Positions 30,133-39,539 of a DNA stretch of 64,000 nucleotides are shown here, in pieces. The notes below the pieces were generated by a model. That model had not been told where the DNA came from and searched no databases. It saw only the letters and a program-made list of their open reading frames with translations. The stretch is from an uncultured Acidobacteriota bacterium (GTDB lineage Bacteria; Acidobacteriota; Polarisedimenticolia; J045): positions 54,685 through 118,684 of the forward strand of contig CAVPCQ010000003.1 of NCBI GenBank assembly GCA_963702425.1, read 5' to 3'. Position 1 is the first letter of the stretch, and each line of letters starts with the position of its first letter. Position numbers and translations under genes: made by a program.

Positions 30133-31852
30133 TCAGTCCCTGGTCTCGTGGTAGAGCTTCTCGCACAGGTCGCGCTTGACCTTGCCCGACGTCGTGCGCG
30201 GGATCCGCGGCACGAAGAGCACGTCGTGCACCGGGACCCCGTGCCGGGCCAGGACGTAGCGCTTGACCTCGTTGATCAGCTCGGCCTGGTCGGAGGATAT
30301 CAGCCTCTCGACGTACGACTCGAGATCGCCCAGGCTGGCCCCCTTCCACCAGCCCCGCGGACCGCCGAGCTTCATGAAGGCCTGCAAGGCCGCGATCTTG
30401 GCCCGGACCACCGGGGTCATGCGGCCGAGCGGTACGGTCAGCACGATCAGCGCCTCGCGCCCCTCGATTTCCAACGAGAAGACGTGGACCTTGCCGCGCT
30501 CGATGAACGGCAGCTCCTCGAGGTCGGCGACGATGTCGTGGGCGTAGTAGTTCCGCCCGTTGATGATCATCAGGTCCTTGAGTCGGCCGGTGACGTAGAG
30601 CCGGCCGTCGTCGTCGAGCATCCCGAGGTCGCCGGTGCGCAGCCAGCCCTCCTCGAACGGCTGCGCCCCGGTCTCCTCGTCGAGGTAGCCGTCGGTCACC
30701 GACGTCCCCCGCAGCAGGACCTCGCCGGTCTCGAGCGGCGGCGCCACGGTGCCGTCGTCGCGGCGGATCCGGATCGAGAGGTCGCCGACCGCCCGGCCGA
30801 CCGCCGGAACCTCGATCCCGTCGACGCGGCGCGTGACGATCGGCTCCTGGAAACGGGGGCTGGTGGCGATCAGGGTCGCCTCCGCCAGGCCGTACACCGG
30901 GTGGAGCGCGCGCCCGTCGAACCCGACCCGCGCGAACTTCTCGGCGAAGCGCCGGAGCGACGCCGGGCGCACCGGCTCGGCGCCGACGAACAGGACCTCC
31001 CACGAGGCGAGGTCGATCCGGCGCTCGTCCAGCATTTCGTCGCTGATCCGGTCGGTGCACAGGTCGAGCGCGAAGTTGGGGCAGACGGAGATCCGCGCGC
31101 CGATCCGGCTGATCGTCTCGAGCCAGGCGATCGGCTTCATCAGGAAGCGGATCGGGTTCATGATCACCATCTGCCGCGGCGTGACGTAGAGCGTCGTGAG
31201 GAGGGCCCCGATCAGCCCCATGTCGTGGTAGAGCGGCAGCCAGCTGCAGGCGGACTCGTCGCGGTGGCGGCGGCCGATTTCGGCGATCAGGCGCGTGTTG
31301 TCGAGGACGTTCTCGTGGGTGAGCCGGACCCCTTTGGGGCGCGAGGTGCTGCCCGAGGAGAACTGCACGAAGGCGAGGTCGCCCGGGCTCACCGCGGCCG
31401 GCGGCACGGTCCGGCACCGGCCCGTCGACGTCGAGCGAAGACGGCACGAAGTCGATCAGGCGCGCGGGGGAGACGTGCTGGAGCTCGTCGTTCCCACCGA
31501 TCAGCTCGGGCTGGGTGAAGACCGCCTTCGCCCCGGTGCTCGCGAGCAGCCCGGCGACGAAGGGCAGCTGCGCGCCCGCCGCCTGTCCCATCGTCAGCCC
31601 GCTGACCGACAGCGGCACCGCGCCCAGGTGGAACAGCGCCAGGAAGCCGGCCAGCACGTCGGGATCGCTGGTCGGGCAGACGACGACGCGGTCCCCCCGC
31701 TCGATCCCCTGCGCAGCGAGCGCCGCGGCGTGGACGAGAATCTTGCGATGGAACGCGGGCCAGGAGAAGGCGCGCTCCGTGCCGCGGGCGTCGACCAGCG
31801 TCAGGCCGTGATCCTCGCCGCCGTCCGCGAGCCCGGCGACCAGTTCGACCAT
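30133..31852 (-). CDS. fatty acyl-AMP ligase-like adenylating enzyme; frameshift near 31410
   Basis: QFSSGSTSRPKGV, SWLPLYHDMGLIG, YGLAEATL, TGDLG, GRLKD, PRTTSGK. Confidence 0.85.
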
Positions 31853-31866
31853 CGTGCGCGGCCCGC

Positions 31867-32964
31867 TCACAGGACGGGGATCTCCTGCGTTAGGCGCCCC
31901 TCGATCCGCTCGAAGACCTCGTCGAGCGAGCGGCCGACGATCGTCAGGCCGTGGTTCTTCAGGCCGATCACCGCGCGCGACGGATCGGGCGCGGCGAGCA
32001 CCAGCCCGGCGACCTCGTCCGCCAGCTGCCGAGTGCCACAGGGCCAGCTCTGGAGCGTGGCCGGCACCCCGTCGATCCAGGCGTGGACGTGGACGATCGC
32101 CCCGGCCTCGGGGACGGCGCGGTAGATCGTGAGGTGCTCGATCGCGTCCACGGAGACGCGGGCGGCCGGATCGGTCCCGGGGGGAACCGAGAGCAGGATC
32201 GTCCGCGTCGCTTCGTCGTAACCCTTCACCAGCAGCAGGTCCTGCCCGATGCGCGAGAGTTGCCCCTTGTCCACCCCGCGGCCGGTCATCCAGAAGCTCT
32301 CCGCGTCGCGCCGCGCCGAGAGGTTGCCGTAGGAGAGCTGCTTGAGGCCGAAGTACTTCATCACCAGGCGCATGTCGCGCTCGGTCAGCACGTCCCTCAT
32401 GTCGAAGACCGTCGGCAGCAGGTGGAGTGCGGCCAGGCGCCGGCCGGCCGTGGCGAGGGCGCGGGTCGTCGCATCGCCGTCGTGGAGCTCGCGCGGCAGG
32501 TCCTCGTCGAGGCGGTTGTCGATCACGAGCCGCGCCCCGGCCAGCGGCGCGACGGTGTCGAGCACCTCGGAAGCCAGCGCGTCGCCCGCCGGCCGCGGGC
32601 GGAAGCCGAGTTCCGGCGTCATGAAGAAGGCCCGGCCGGCGAACGCCCCGGCCTGCACGCGGTGGACGACGAGATTCGACATCGTCTTGACCAGCGCGGC
32701 GTAGGTTGCGCGCTTCAGCGCCGCCTCGTCGGCGAAGTCGGTGCCGTCGCTGTCGATGAGCGTCGCGAGGAAGACCGACGGATCGGGACGCAAGTAGTTC
32801 GGCCGCGCGTGCTCCAGCGTCGTGGCGTTGACCACCAGGTCGACCTCCGGGTCGTCCGCGGGCACCGTGACGAACCCGCGCGCGGGGAGGCCCTGCTCCA
32901 CCGCGGAGACCAGCGCGAGCAGGGCGCGCGACAGCGCCGCGTCGCGGACGACCGCCGCCTTCAC
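31867..32964 (-). CDS. class II aldolase/adducin-family protein with long N-terminal extension
   Basis: SYGNLSAR..FWMTGRGVDK..SVDAIEH..IVHVHA..NHGL (three metal-binding His). Confidence 0.85.
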   Translation of the reverse strand: MKAAVVRDAALSRALLALVSAVEQGLPARGFVTVPADDPEVDLVVNATTLEHARPNYLRPDPSVFLATLIDSDGTDFADEAALKRATYAALVKTMSNLVVHRVQAGAFAGRAFFMTPELGFRPRPAGDALASEVLDTVAPLAGARLVIDNRLDEDLPRELHDGDATTRALATAGRRLAALHLLPTVFDMRDVLTERDMRLVMKYFGLKQLSYGNLSARRDAESFWMTGRGVDKGQLSRIGQDLLLVKGYDEATRTILLSVPPGTDPAARVSVDAIEHLTIYRAVPEAGAIVHVHAWIDGVPATLQSWPCGTRQLADEVAGLVLAAPDPSRAVIGLKNHGLTIVGRSLDEVFERIEGRLTQEIPVL

Positions 32965-33227
32965 GCGGCATCCCCCGCGCCGGCACGCGCCGCTTCGACC
33001 AGCGCGATCAGCCGCGAGAACGGCGCGCCGACCAGCTCGGGGACGCGCTCGGGCGGGACCTCGATCCCGAAGGCGTCCTCCGCGTCGAGCAGCAACTGGA
33101 GCAGCGCGGACGAGTCGTACCCCAGCTCGTAGTCGAGCCGCTCGTCGTCGCCGACCCGCGAAATCCGCAGTCGGGAGCGGGCGATCACCAGGCGCTCCAG
33201 CCGCTCGCGCGTGTCGGTGGCGGCCAC
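32961..33227 (-). CDS. acyl carrier protein
   Basis: 88 aa, acidic, LGYDSS phosphopantetheine site, EDAFGIEV. Confidence 0.88.
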   Translation of the reverse strand: MAATDTRERLERLVIARSRLRISRVGDDERLDYELGYDSSALLQLLLDAEDAFGIEVPPERVPELVGAPFSRLIALVEAARAGAGDAA

Positions 33228-33233
33228 GAGCGC

Positions 33234-34568
33234 CTACCCCGGACCCTCGATCCCGGCCATGACCTCGGGCGACCGGGCGCCGCCGGCCACGGTGATCGTC
33301 TCGAGGCCGTGAGCGCCCGGCCCGCTCTCCGCCCGCCGCAGCTGCCAGGCGAAGAAGAGGCCGAGGATCCCCGTGATCGAGAAGATCCACATCCCCGGAC
33401 GGTAGCCGGCCGGGTTGGCGGCGCTGGCGTCGAACGCGGTGTTGGCCCAGCCGATCAACAGGTTGAAGCCGAACAGCCCGATGTTCTGGATCATCGTCAT
33501 CAACCCGTATGCCGTGCCGAGCTTGTTCTGCCCGACGATGTAGGCGACCGACGGCCACATCACGGCCGGGATCATCGAGAACGAGATCCCCATGATCGCC
33601 ATCGGCACGTAGAGCGAAATGCTGCTGTAGGCCATGATCAGGTAGACGGGCACCAGCAGCAGCGAGCCGAACATCATGAACTGCGTGCGCCTGCCGACGC
33701 GATCGACGAGCAGCCCGAACAGCGGCGTGCAGATCATCGCGAACAGGGTCAGCATCGACGACAGGAAGCCGGCCTCCTCGCGCGACACGCCGTGCGCGTC
33801 CTGGAAGAACTTCACGGCGAAGGTCTGGAACGGGAAGATCCCGGAGTAGAAGGTCACGCACAGCGCGACCACGAACCAGTAGGAGCGCCCGAAGGCGCGG
33901 ATGTCACCGAATACGACCTTGTCGGACGAGCCGGCGGTCGCCATGTCGTAGCGCTTCATCGCGCCCGATTCCATGATCCAGTAGACCGCCCCTGCGATCA
34001 ACGACACGAAGCCGAAGACGGTTGCGATCAGCAACGGCCCCTGCCAACCCTGGTAGGCGTCGTGCGCCCAGGTCGGCGAGTTGAGCGCGGCGAACGAGCC
34101 GAGGCGCGCGATCGTCAGGTTGATGCCGAAAGCGAAGGAGAGCTCCTTGCCGCGGAACCACTGGGCCAGCGCGGTAGTGATCGCGACGATCAGCGATTCG
34201 GCGCCGAGCCCGAACAGCAGGCGGCCCGCTGCCATCATCGGCAGGGTGGGCGTGAGCGCGGTGAGGACCGCCCCGAGCGCGCAGAGCATCGAGAACAGGA
34301 AGGTCGACTTCTTGACGCCGATGCGGTCGATGATCAGCCCGCCGATCAGCACCATGATGATGTTCGGGAAGCTGTAGATCGCGTTGAGCAGGCCGATGTT
34401 GTCGTCGGTGAAGTTGAGCTGCTTGACGAGCACGTCGGCCAGCGGGCTGATCGAGTCGTAGACGTAGTAGTTCCCGAACATCGCGAGGCTGAGCACGACC
34501 AGCACGGCCCAACGGTAGGCCGGCGGCGGGGCCGGCAGGGCGCGCGTCGCGACGGGATCGGCAGTCAT
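33234..34568 (-). CDS. MFS transporter (MFSD1-like)
   Basis: ~12 TM segments; GNYYVYD, GLIIDRIG, GRLLFGLGAES, WFRGKEL. Confidence 0.88.
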   Translation of the reverse strand: MTADPVATRALPAPPPAYRWAVLVVLSLAMFGNYYVYDSISPLADVLVKQLNFTDDNIGLLNAIYSFPNIIMVLIGGLIIDRIGVKKSTFLFSMLCALGAVLTALTPTLPMMAAGRLLFGLGAESLIVAITTALAQWFRGKELSFAFGINLTIARLGSFAALNSPTWAHDAYQGWQGPLLIATVFGFVSLIAGAVYWIMESGAMKRYDMATAGSSDKVVFGDIRAFGRSYWFVVALCVTFYSGIFPFQTFAVKFFQDAHGVSREEAGFLSSMLTLFAMICTPLFGLLVDRVGRRTQFMMFGSLLLVPVYLIMAYSSISLYVPMAIMGISFSMIPAVMWPSVAYIVGQNKLGTAYGLMTMIQNIGLFGFNLLIGWANTAFDASAANPAGYRPGMWIFSITGILGLFFAWQLRRAESGPGAHGLETITVAGGARSPEVMAGIEGPG

Positions 34569-34592
34569 CGGGTCTCCGGAGGACGCGGGAGT

Positions 34593-35558
34593 TTACTCCG
34601 GCCCGGGGACGATCGCGCGCAGAGCGGCCGGCAGAACGTCGATCGTCACCGCTCCGGCTCCGGTCGCCACGATCTCGCCGTCGGCGTGAATCGGGATCCC
34701 GGGCGTGAAACTCGCCGTAAGCCGCCTGAACCGGCCGAACTCGAAGCGGGGCTCCTCGCCCAGCTCGGCGCGAAGCGCCCGCCACAGGAAGCGCAGCACC
34801 TCGATGCGGCTCGACGGGCCGACCCGGGCGTAATCCAGCAGCCCGTCGTCCGGCCGGGCCGCGGCGGCCATCACGAAGCCGCCGCCGGTGGTGCGGCCGT
34901 TGGCGACCGTGAAGAGGATCACCGCGCCTCGGAACGGCCGGCCGTCGATCGAGGCGTCCGTCTCCCACGGGCCGGGCCGGGCCACCATCGAGGCCAGCGC
35001 GGCGAGGGCGTAGGCCGGGAATCCGTGCAGCGGCAGGCGCCGGGCCCGCACGGCCACGTCGCCGTCGAAGCCGAGCCCTGCGGCGTTGACGAAGATCACC
35101 TCCCGCCCGTCGGCAACGAGGCGACCGAGGTCGAGCGCGAGCGTCCGCTGTCCCGCGAGCGCGAGCGCCAGCGCGGCCCGCGGCTCGAACGGCAGGCCGA
35201 GCGCGCGCGCAAGGTCGTTCCCCCGCCCCGCCGGCACCAGACCCAGCAACGGACGCGTCGCCGGGTCGGGCTGGCCGGCGACGAGCCCGGCGGCCACCGC
35301 CTGCAGCGTCCCGTCGCCACCGACCGCCACCACGCGGAGGACCCCGCGCTGCGCCGCCTCGCACGCCGCCGCGAGCCCGTCGCCGAAGCTCCCGGTCTCC
35401 CGCAGCGCGAAGCCGGAGCGGCCGGGAGCGCCCCCCGCCGCCGCCGCGCCCCCCGCCGGCGCCGCCGCGCGCTCCGCCAGTGCCGCGCGGAGCGCCCGCC
35501 GGCGCGCCGCCGTGCCGGCGTTCCGGTTGACGACGACGAGGGTGCCCGGCGCGCTCAC
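34593..35558 (-). CDS. diacylglycerol/sphingosine kinase-family (YegS/DgkB-like) lipid kinase
   Basis: VVVNRNAG, GGDGT, PAGRGNDLARALG, GLGFDG, DDGLLD, HADGE. Confidence 0.9.
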   Translation of the reverse strand: MSAPGTLVVVNRNAGTAARRRALRAALAERAAAPAGGAAAAGGAPGRSGFALRETGSFGDGLAAACEAAQRGVLRVVAVGGDGTLQAVAAGLVAGQPDPATRPLLGLVPAGRGNDLARALGLPFEPRAALALALAGQRTLALDLGRLVADGREVIFVNAAGLGFDGDVAVRARRLPLHGFPAYALAALASMVARPGPWETDASIDGRPFRGAVILFTVANGRTTGGGFVMAAAARPDDGLLDYARVGPSSRIEVLRFLWRALRAELGEEPRFEFGRFRRLTASFTPGIPIHADGEIVATGAGAVTIDVLPAALRAIVPGPE

Positions 35559-37915
35559 GGCGGACCGGTTCGCAGCGCCTCCAGCCGCGCCGCGTGCCGC
35601 CGGAGCCGGGCCCCGCGCGCGCCGGCGAAGCGGACCACCGCGTCGAGGATCGCGTCCGGATCGAGGTGCGCCTCCTCGAGCACCTCCTCGACCGTGCCGC
35701 CCGTGCGCCAGCGGTCGTCCCAGTCGGCGCAAAGCGAGGCGGAGAGGGCGTCGCCGTCCGGCAGCCAGCGCGCCAGCGACGCGCGCGAGCGGTTCGTGAT
35801 CCCCAGCGCGTCGAGCCGGTCGGTCTCGGACAGGACGCGCTCGCGGTAGGCCGCCTGCTGGCGGTCGAATAGCTGCGGGCTGAGCGCGGCAACGATCTTC
35901 AGGTTCAGCCCGCGGCGCTCGAGCTCCGGCAGCAGCCCCACGAGGTTTGCCGTGCTCGACGCGCCGGTGACCACGATCACGCCGTCGCGCGGCATGTCCG
36001 GCCGCGCCTCGCGCAGCAGGTAGGCCCCGTGCGCGGCGTCGAACCGGGAGGGAAGCTGCAGGGCACGGCGGTCCGGCACGAGAAGCGGCGGGCGAACGAG
36101 GTGCAGCGCGAGGATCGGGAACCCGCCCGCCAGCGCGGCCGCGATCAGCACCGGGACCTCGTTGGGATCCCACGGGTGCAGGTCGCAGACCTGCCCCTCC
36201 GGGAAGAGCTGCGACACCGCCGGTGCGAAGACGCCGAAGTGGGTGCGGCTGTCCTCCGCGGTCTCGGGGCCCGAGTGCCCGAGCACCCACAGCACCGGCC
36301 CGATCTTCAGCTCGGCATCCTGCGCCATCTGGGAGTAGAGCCGCATCGGCCCGTACTGCAGGTAGGCAAACGCCCCGTAGCTCGAGTGAGCTGCCGCGAA
36401 GCCGTTCCAATCGCGTTCCGGCGCCGGGTCGAAGTTGACCGACGCGATCCCCGCCGCCATCGCCGCGTTGGTGAACTCCGTGATCTGCGCCGGCAGCAGC
36501 ACGCCGTCGGGGTTCGCCGTGCGCTCGTAGTCGCCGAAGCCGGCGCGCCCCTCGAAGTCGCGCGCGAAGAGCGCCAGGCTCGTCGACTCGGCGAGGTCGG
36601 CCGAGAGCGCCAGAAACAGCGGCCGTCCGTACGCCTCGCGGGCCCAGCTGTTGGCCCAGGCGCCCCAGCGACCCATCGCGACCTTGTTCGAGACCCGCGT
36701 CCCGGGCGTGAACCAGAGTGCCTCGGGGTAGGCTCGCGCGTCGGTCAGCCGCGGGTCGCGCCACGGGTTCCGGGCCCCGGCCGCCGCGAGGCCGCCCGGC
36801 CGCTCCGGAACCGCCTCGCCCAGCTCGACCAGTCGCTCGGCAACGAAGCGGCAGCTCTCGCCGTCGTCGAGCAGGACCGAGAGCGCGACGCGCAGGTTCG
36901 CCGCGGCGCGCGCGCGGCGCGCGGCGGGATCGGACGGTGCCGGCTCGCCGAAGCCGTCGAAGCGCACGCCGTAGCGCTCCTGGAACGGGCGCTTGGTCTC
37001 CCAGAACGCAGGCGCGCCGGCGGCGTGCGGCACGCCGTGGCTCGCGCTGTCGAAGCGGCCGTAGCCCCGCCCCTTGCGCGTGCGCGCCCAGACCGCCGCC
37101 GGGCGGCCGCCGGGCTCCGGATCGAGCGTGGCCTGGTAGAGGGCGCGCGCGAGCTGCGCCGGGCTGGCCCCGTCGGCGACGCCCGCGACGCGCCAGCCGT
37201 GGCTCGCGAACCAGTCCGTCGGCGTCCCGTAGATGACCGCCGAGGCCGGCCGCGGGTCGATCCCGAAGTCGTTCCAGTCGAGCAGCACGACGAGATTGTC
37301 GAGACCGAGGCCCCAGGCCGCATTCAGCGTCTCGTGCGTGCTGCCGGCGGTCGCGCCGCCCTCCCCTTCCAGCGCGAAGACACGCACGCCGGGCAGTCCG
37401 CCGCGCCGGAGCGCGAGCGCCATCCCGGCCGCGGCGGGCAGGCCGTGCCCCGAGGGCCCGGTGTTGAACTTCAGGAAGAGCGACCTGCCGGCGAACTCGG
37501 CGTGCCCGGGAAGCCCCCCGCGGCGGCGCAGCGCCAGGAGCTCGTCGGCGCGGAGCGACCAGCGCGCGGCATTCGCGGCGGCGAACCGCGGGTCGCCCGT
37601 CGCGGCCGCCCGCGCGGCGAGCGCCTCGTGGAGCGCGGCCAGCAGCGCGTAGACCGCCGGAACGGTGTGACCCGCGGCGAGCACGAAGCGGTCGGCGCCG
37701 ACCTTCTCCGGATGCCGGAGGTCCCATCGCATCGCCCCCGACAGGGCGAGGGTGACCAGCATCGGGACCTTCGAGCGCGAGCCGCCGGGGTGGCCCGACT
37801 GGCGAAAGTCGAGCGCGAAGTCGACCAACTGGTCGACGACGTCGATCACGGTCTCGAGGCGCGGCAGGTCGGGGCTGAGGCGCGCGAGCGCCTCCTCCCA
37901 TGGGGGAGCAGCCAT
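35555..37915 (-). CDS. divergent transketolase-like ThDP enzyme
   Basis: SGHPGGS, DRFVLAAGH, GLPGHAE, NTGPSGHG, SADLAES, HSGPETAEDSRTH; GEG in place of GDG. Confidence 0.85.
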   Translation of the reverse strand: MAAPPWEEALARLSPDLPRLETVIDVVDQLVDFALDFRQSGHPGGSRSKVPMLVTLALSGAMRWDLRHPEKVGADRFVLAAGHTVPAVYALLAALHEALAARAAATGDPRFAAANAARWSLRADELLALRRRGGLPGHAEFAGRSLFLKFNTGPSGHGLPAAAGMALALRRGGLPGVRVFALEGEGGATAGSTHETLNAAWGLGLDNLVVLLDWNDFGIDPRPASAVIYGTPTDWFASHGWRVAGVADGASPAQLARALYQATLDPEPGGRPAAVWARTRKGRGYGRFDSASHGVPHAAGAPAFWETKRPFQERYGVRFDGFGEPAPSDPAARRARAAANLRVALSVLLDDGESCRFVAERLVELGEAVPERPGGLAAAGARNPWRDPRLTDARAYPEALWFTPGTRVSNKVAMGRWGAWANSWAREAYGRPLFLALSADLAESTSLALFARDFEGRAGFGDYERTANPDGVLLPAQITEFTNAAMAAGIASVNFDPAPERDWNGFAAAHSSYGAFAYLQYGPMRLYSQMAQDAELKIGPVLWVLGHSGPETAEDSRTHFGVFAPAVSQLFPEGQVCDLHPWDPNEVPVLIAAALAGGFPILALHLVRPPLLVPDRRALQLPSRFDAAHGAYLLREARPDMPRDGVIVVTGASSTANLVGLLPELERRGLNLKIVAALSPQLFDRQQAAYRERVLSETDRLDALGITNRSRASLARWLPDGDALSASLCADWDDRWRTGGTVEEVLEEAHLDPDAILDAVVRFAGARGARLRRHAARLEALRTGPP

Positions 37916-38040
37916 CGGCCCTGGACGATGGCACATCGCGCGGGGCCGGAAAGGGGCGCCGCGGTCGCCCTGCGCGGTCCCTGTCAGTTTCCGCTTGCCC
38001 TGCGCGCCAGACCGCGGTATCAGCAGGCCCCGGAGGTGTG

Positions 38041-39522
38041 ATGGTTCGCAGCAAGTCTCGAGGGAGAAGTCCGGACCACGGACGGCGCACGTTCATCCGA
38101 CGCTCCGCGATCGCTTCGGCAGCCCCGGTCGTCCTCGGGCACCTCGCGTGGGCGGAAGAGATGGGCGGCGCGGCGGGCGCGGACGGGACGGCAGCCCTCC
38201 CGCGCGTCGTGCACGTCCACCATGGCCACGCCGCACGCTGGCCGCGCACCACCGGGATGTACCGCGACTACCTCGACCAGGCCTCGATCGACCGGATGCT
38301 CGATCAGGCCGTGATGGTCCTCAAGGACGCCGGGGTGGATGAGGCCTGGCAGCGCGTCTTCCCGCGCGCCGCGCCGGAAACGCGGAAACTGGCGATCAAG
38401 GTGAACCTCAACAACTCGATCGACACGGCCGACGGCGCGGGGAACGTCATCGACGCCGTTCCCGAGCCGTGCATCTCCGTGATCAAGGGCTTCGTGCGCA
38501 CCGGCGGGCTGTCGGGCAACTGCACGATCTACGACGCGACCAACACGGCGCCGAGCCGCTGCCTGGCGACCTGGTTCAAGAACCGCGTCAAGGCCGTTTT
38601 CCCCGACGTGAAGTTCTCCGCGTCCTGCGGAGGCGAGGGGTTCGCCCCCGGAGACGACGACGCCCCGTCCGGCGACGCGCCGGACCCGCGCCAGTACGTC
38701 ACCTGGAGCCCGGCCTACGTCAACCAGCCGCCCGACACGCGGATCGCGTCGGTGGTCCTCTCGAGCGACTACCTGGTCAACGTGCCGATCGTCAAACGGC
38801 ACGGCCAGGCCAACGTGACGCTCGGGTACAAGGCTCACCTCGGGTCGATCGACCGGGCCGACCGGATGCACGAGTGGCTCTTCAACGACGTACCCGAGGC
38901 CTCCGTGCTGGCCGACATCATGGGCAGCCCGGTCGTACCCGGCGACCCCGCGGTGCGTTCGCTCGCGCAGCGGACGGTGCTGACCGTCGGCGACATGCTC
39001 TACGGACATCCCTGCAAGAATTTCGACGTCGTCCCCCGGCCGTGGGCGATTTTCCGCAACGAGTGGCCCTGCAACCTCGTCGTCTCGGACGACCCGGTCG
39101 CCGCCGACTCGGTGATGATCGACATCCTCGAGGCCGAGCCGGCCAGCGACGGGGGCTGCGGCTCGAGCCGGCCGTGGGCACGCCGCCACCTGCAGTTCGC
39201 CGAGGCCAAGGGCCAGGGCGTGCACGACCACGTCGCGCTGCCGCAGGGCCAGCGCTTCGACCCGGCCCGGATGACCTACACTCGGATCGACTACCGCTTC
39301 GTCGAACTGAACTCCTCGGGAGCGCTCCTGACCGTGACGCGGCTCGCGAACGGCGCCGTGCTGCTGCAGTGGACGCACTACTTCCCGGGTGCGTGCGAGG
39401 TCTGGCGCGCGACGAAGCCCGACTTTTCCGACGCGCTGCTGCTCGGGGCCTCGCCGGCCGGCCGCTTCCTCGACAACAGCCCGCTGCCGAAGGCCTTCTA
39501 CAGCGTGCTCTACGGCGGCTGA
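38041..39522 (+). CDS. Tat-exported DUF362-domain protein
   Basis: GRRTFIR twin-Arg signal; IKVNLN, LVNVPIVKRH..VTLGYK, DPVAAD; GGAGG RBS. Confidence 0.8.
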   Translation: MVRSKSRGRSPDHGRRTFIRRSAIASAAPVVLGHLAWAEEMGGAAGADGTAALPRVVHVHHGHAARWPRTTGMYRDYLDQASIDRMLDQAVMVLKDAGVDEAWQRVFPRAAPETRKLAIKVNLNNSIDTADGAGNVIDAVPEPCISVIKGFVRTGGLSGNCTIYDATNTAPSRCLATWFKNRVKAVFPDVKFSASCGGEGFAPGDDDAPSGDAPDPRQYVTWSPAYVNQPPDTRIASVVLSSDYLVNVPIVKRHGQANVTLGYKAHLGSIDRADRMHEWLFNDVPEASVLADIMGSPVVPGDPAVRSLAQRTVLTVGDMLYGHPCKNFDVVPRPWAIFRNEWPCNLVVSDDPVAADSVMIDILEAEPASDGGCGSSRPWARRHLQFAEAKGQGVHDHVALPQGQRFDPARMTYTRIDYRFVELNSSGALLTVTRLANGAVLLQWTHYFPGACEVWRATKPDFSDALLLGASPAGRFLDNSPLPKAFYSVLYGG

Positions 39523-39539
39523 CGGGGTACGATCGCGGC

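Noticed and set aside
26951-32986. 2011-aa ORF suggesting a giant fusion
   Set aside because: Chance read-through. Only the ligase N-terminus and the response-regulator part are real; the rest is off-frame over agcS and the aldolase
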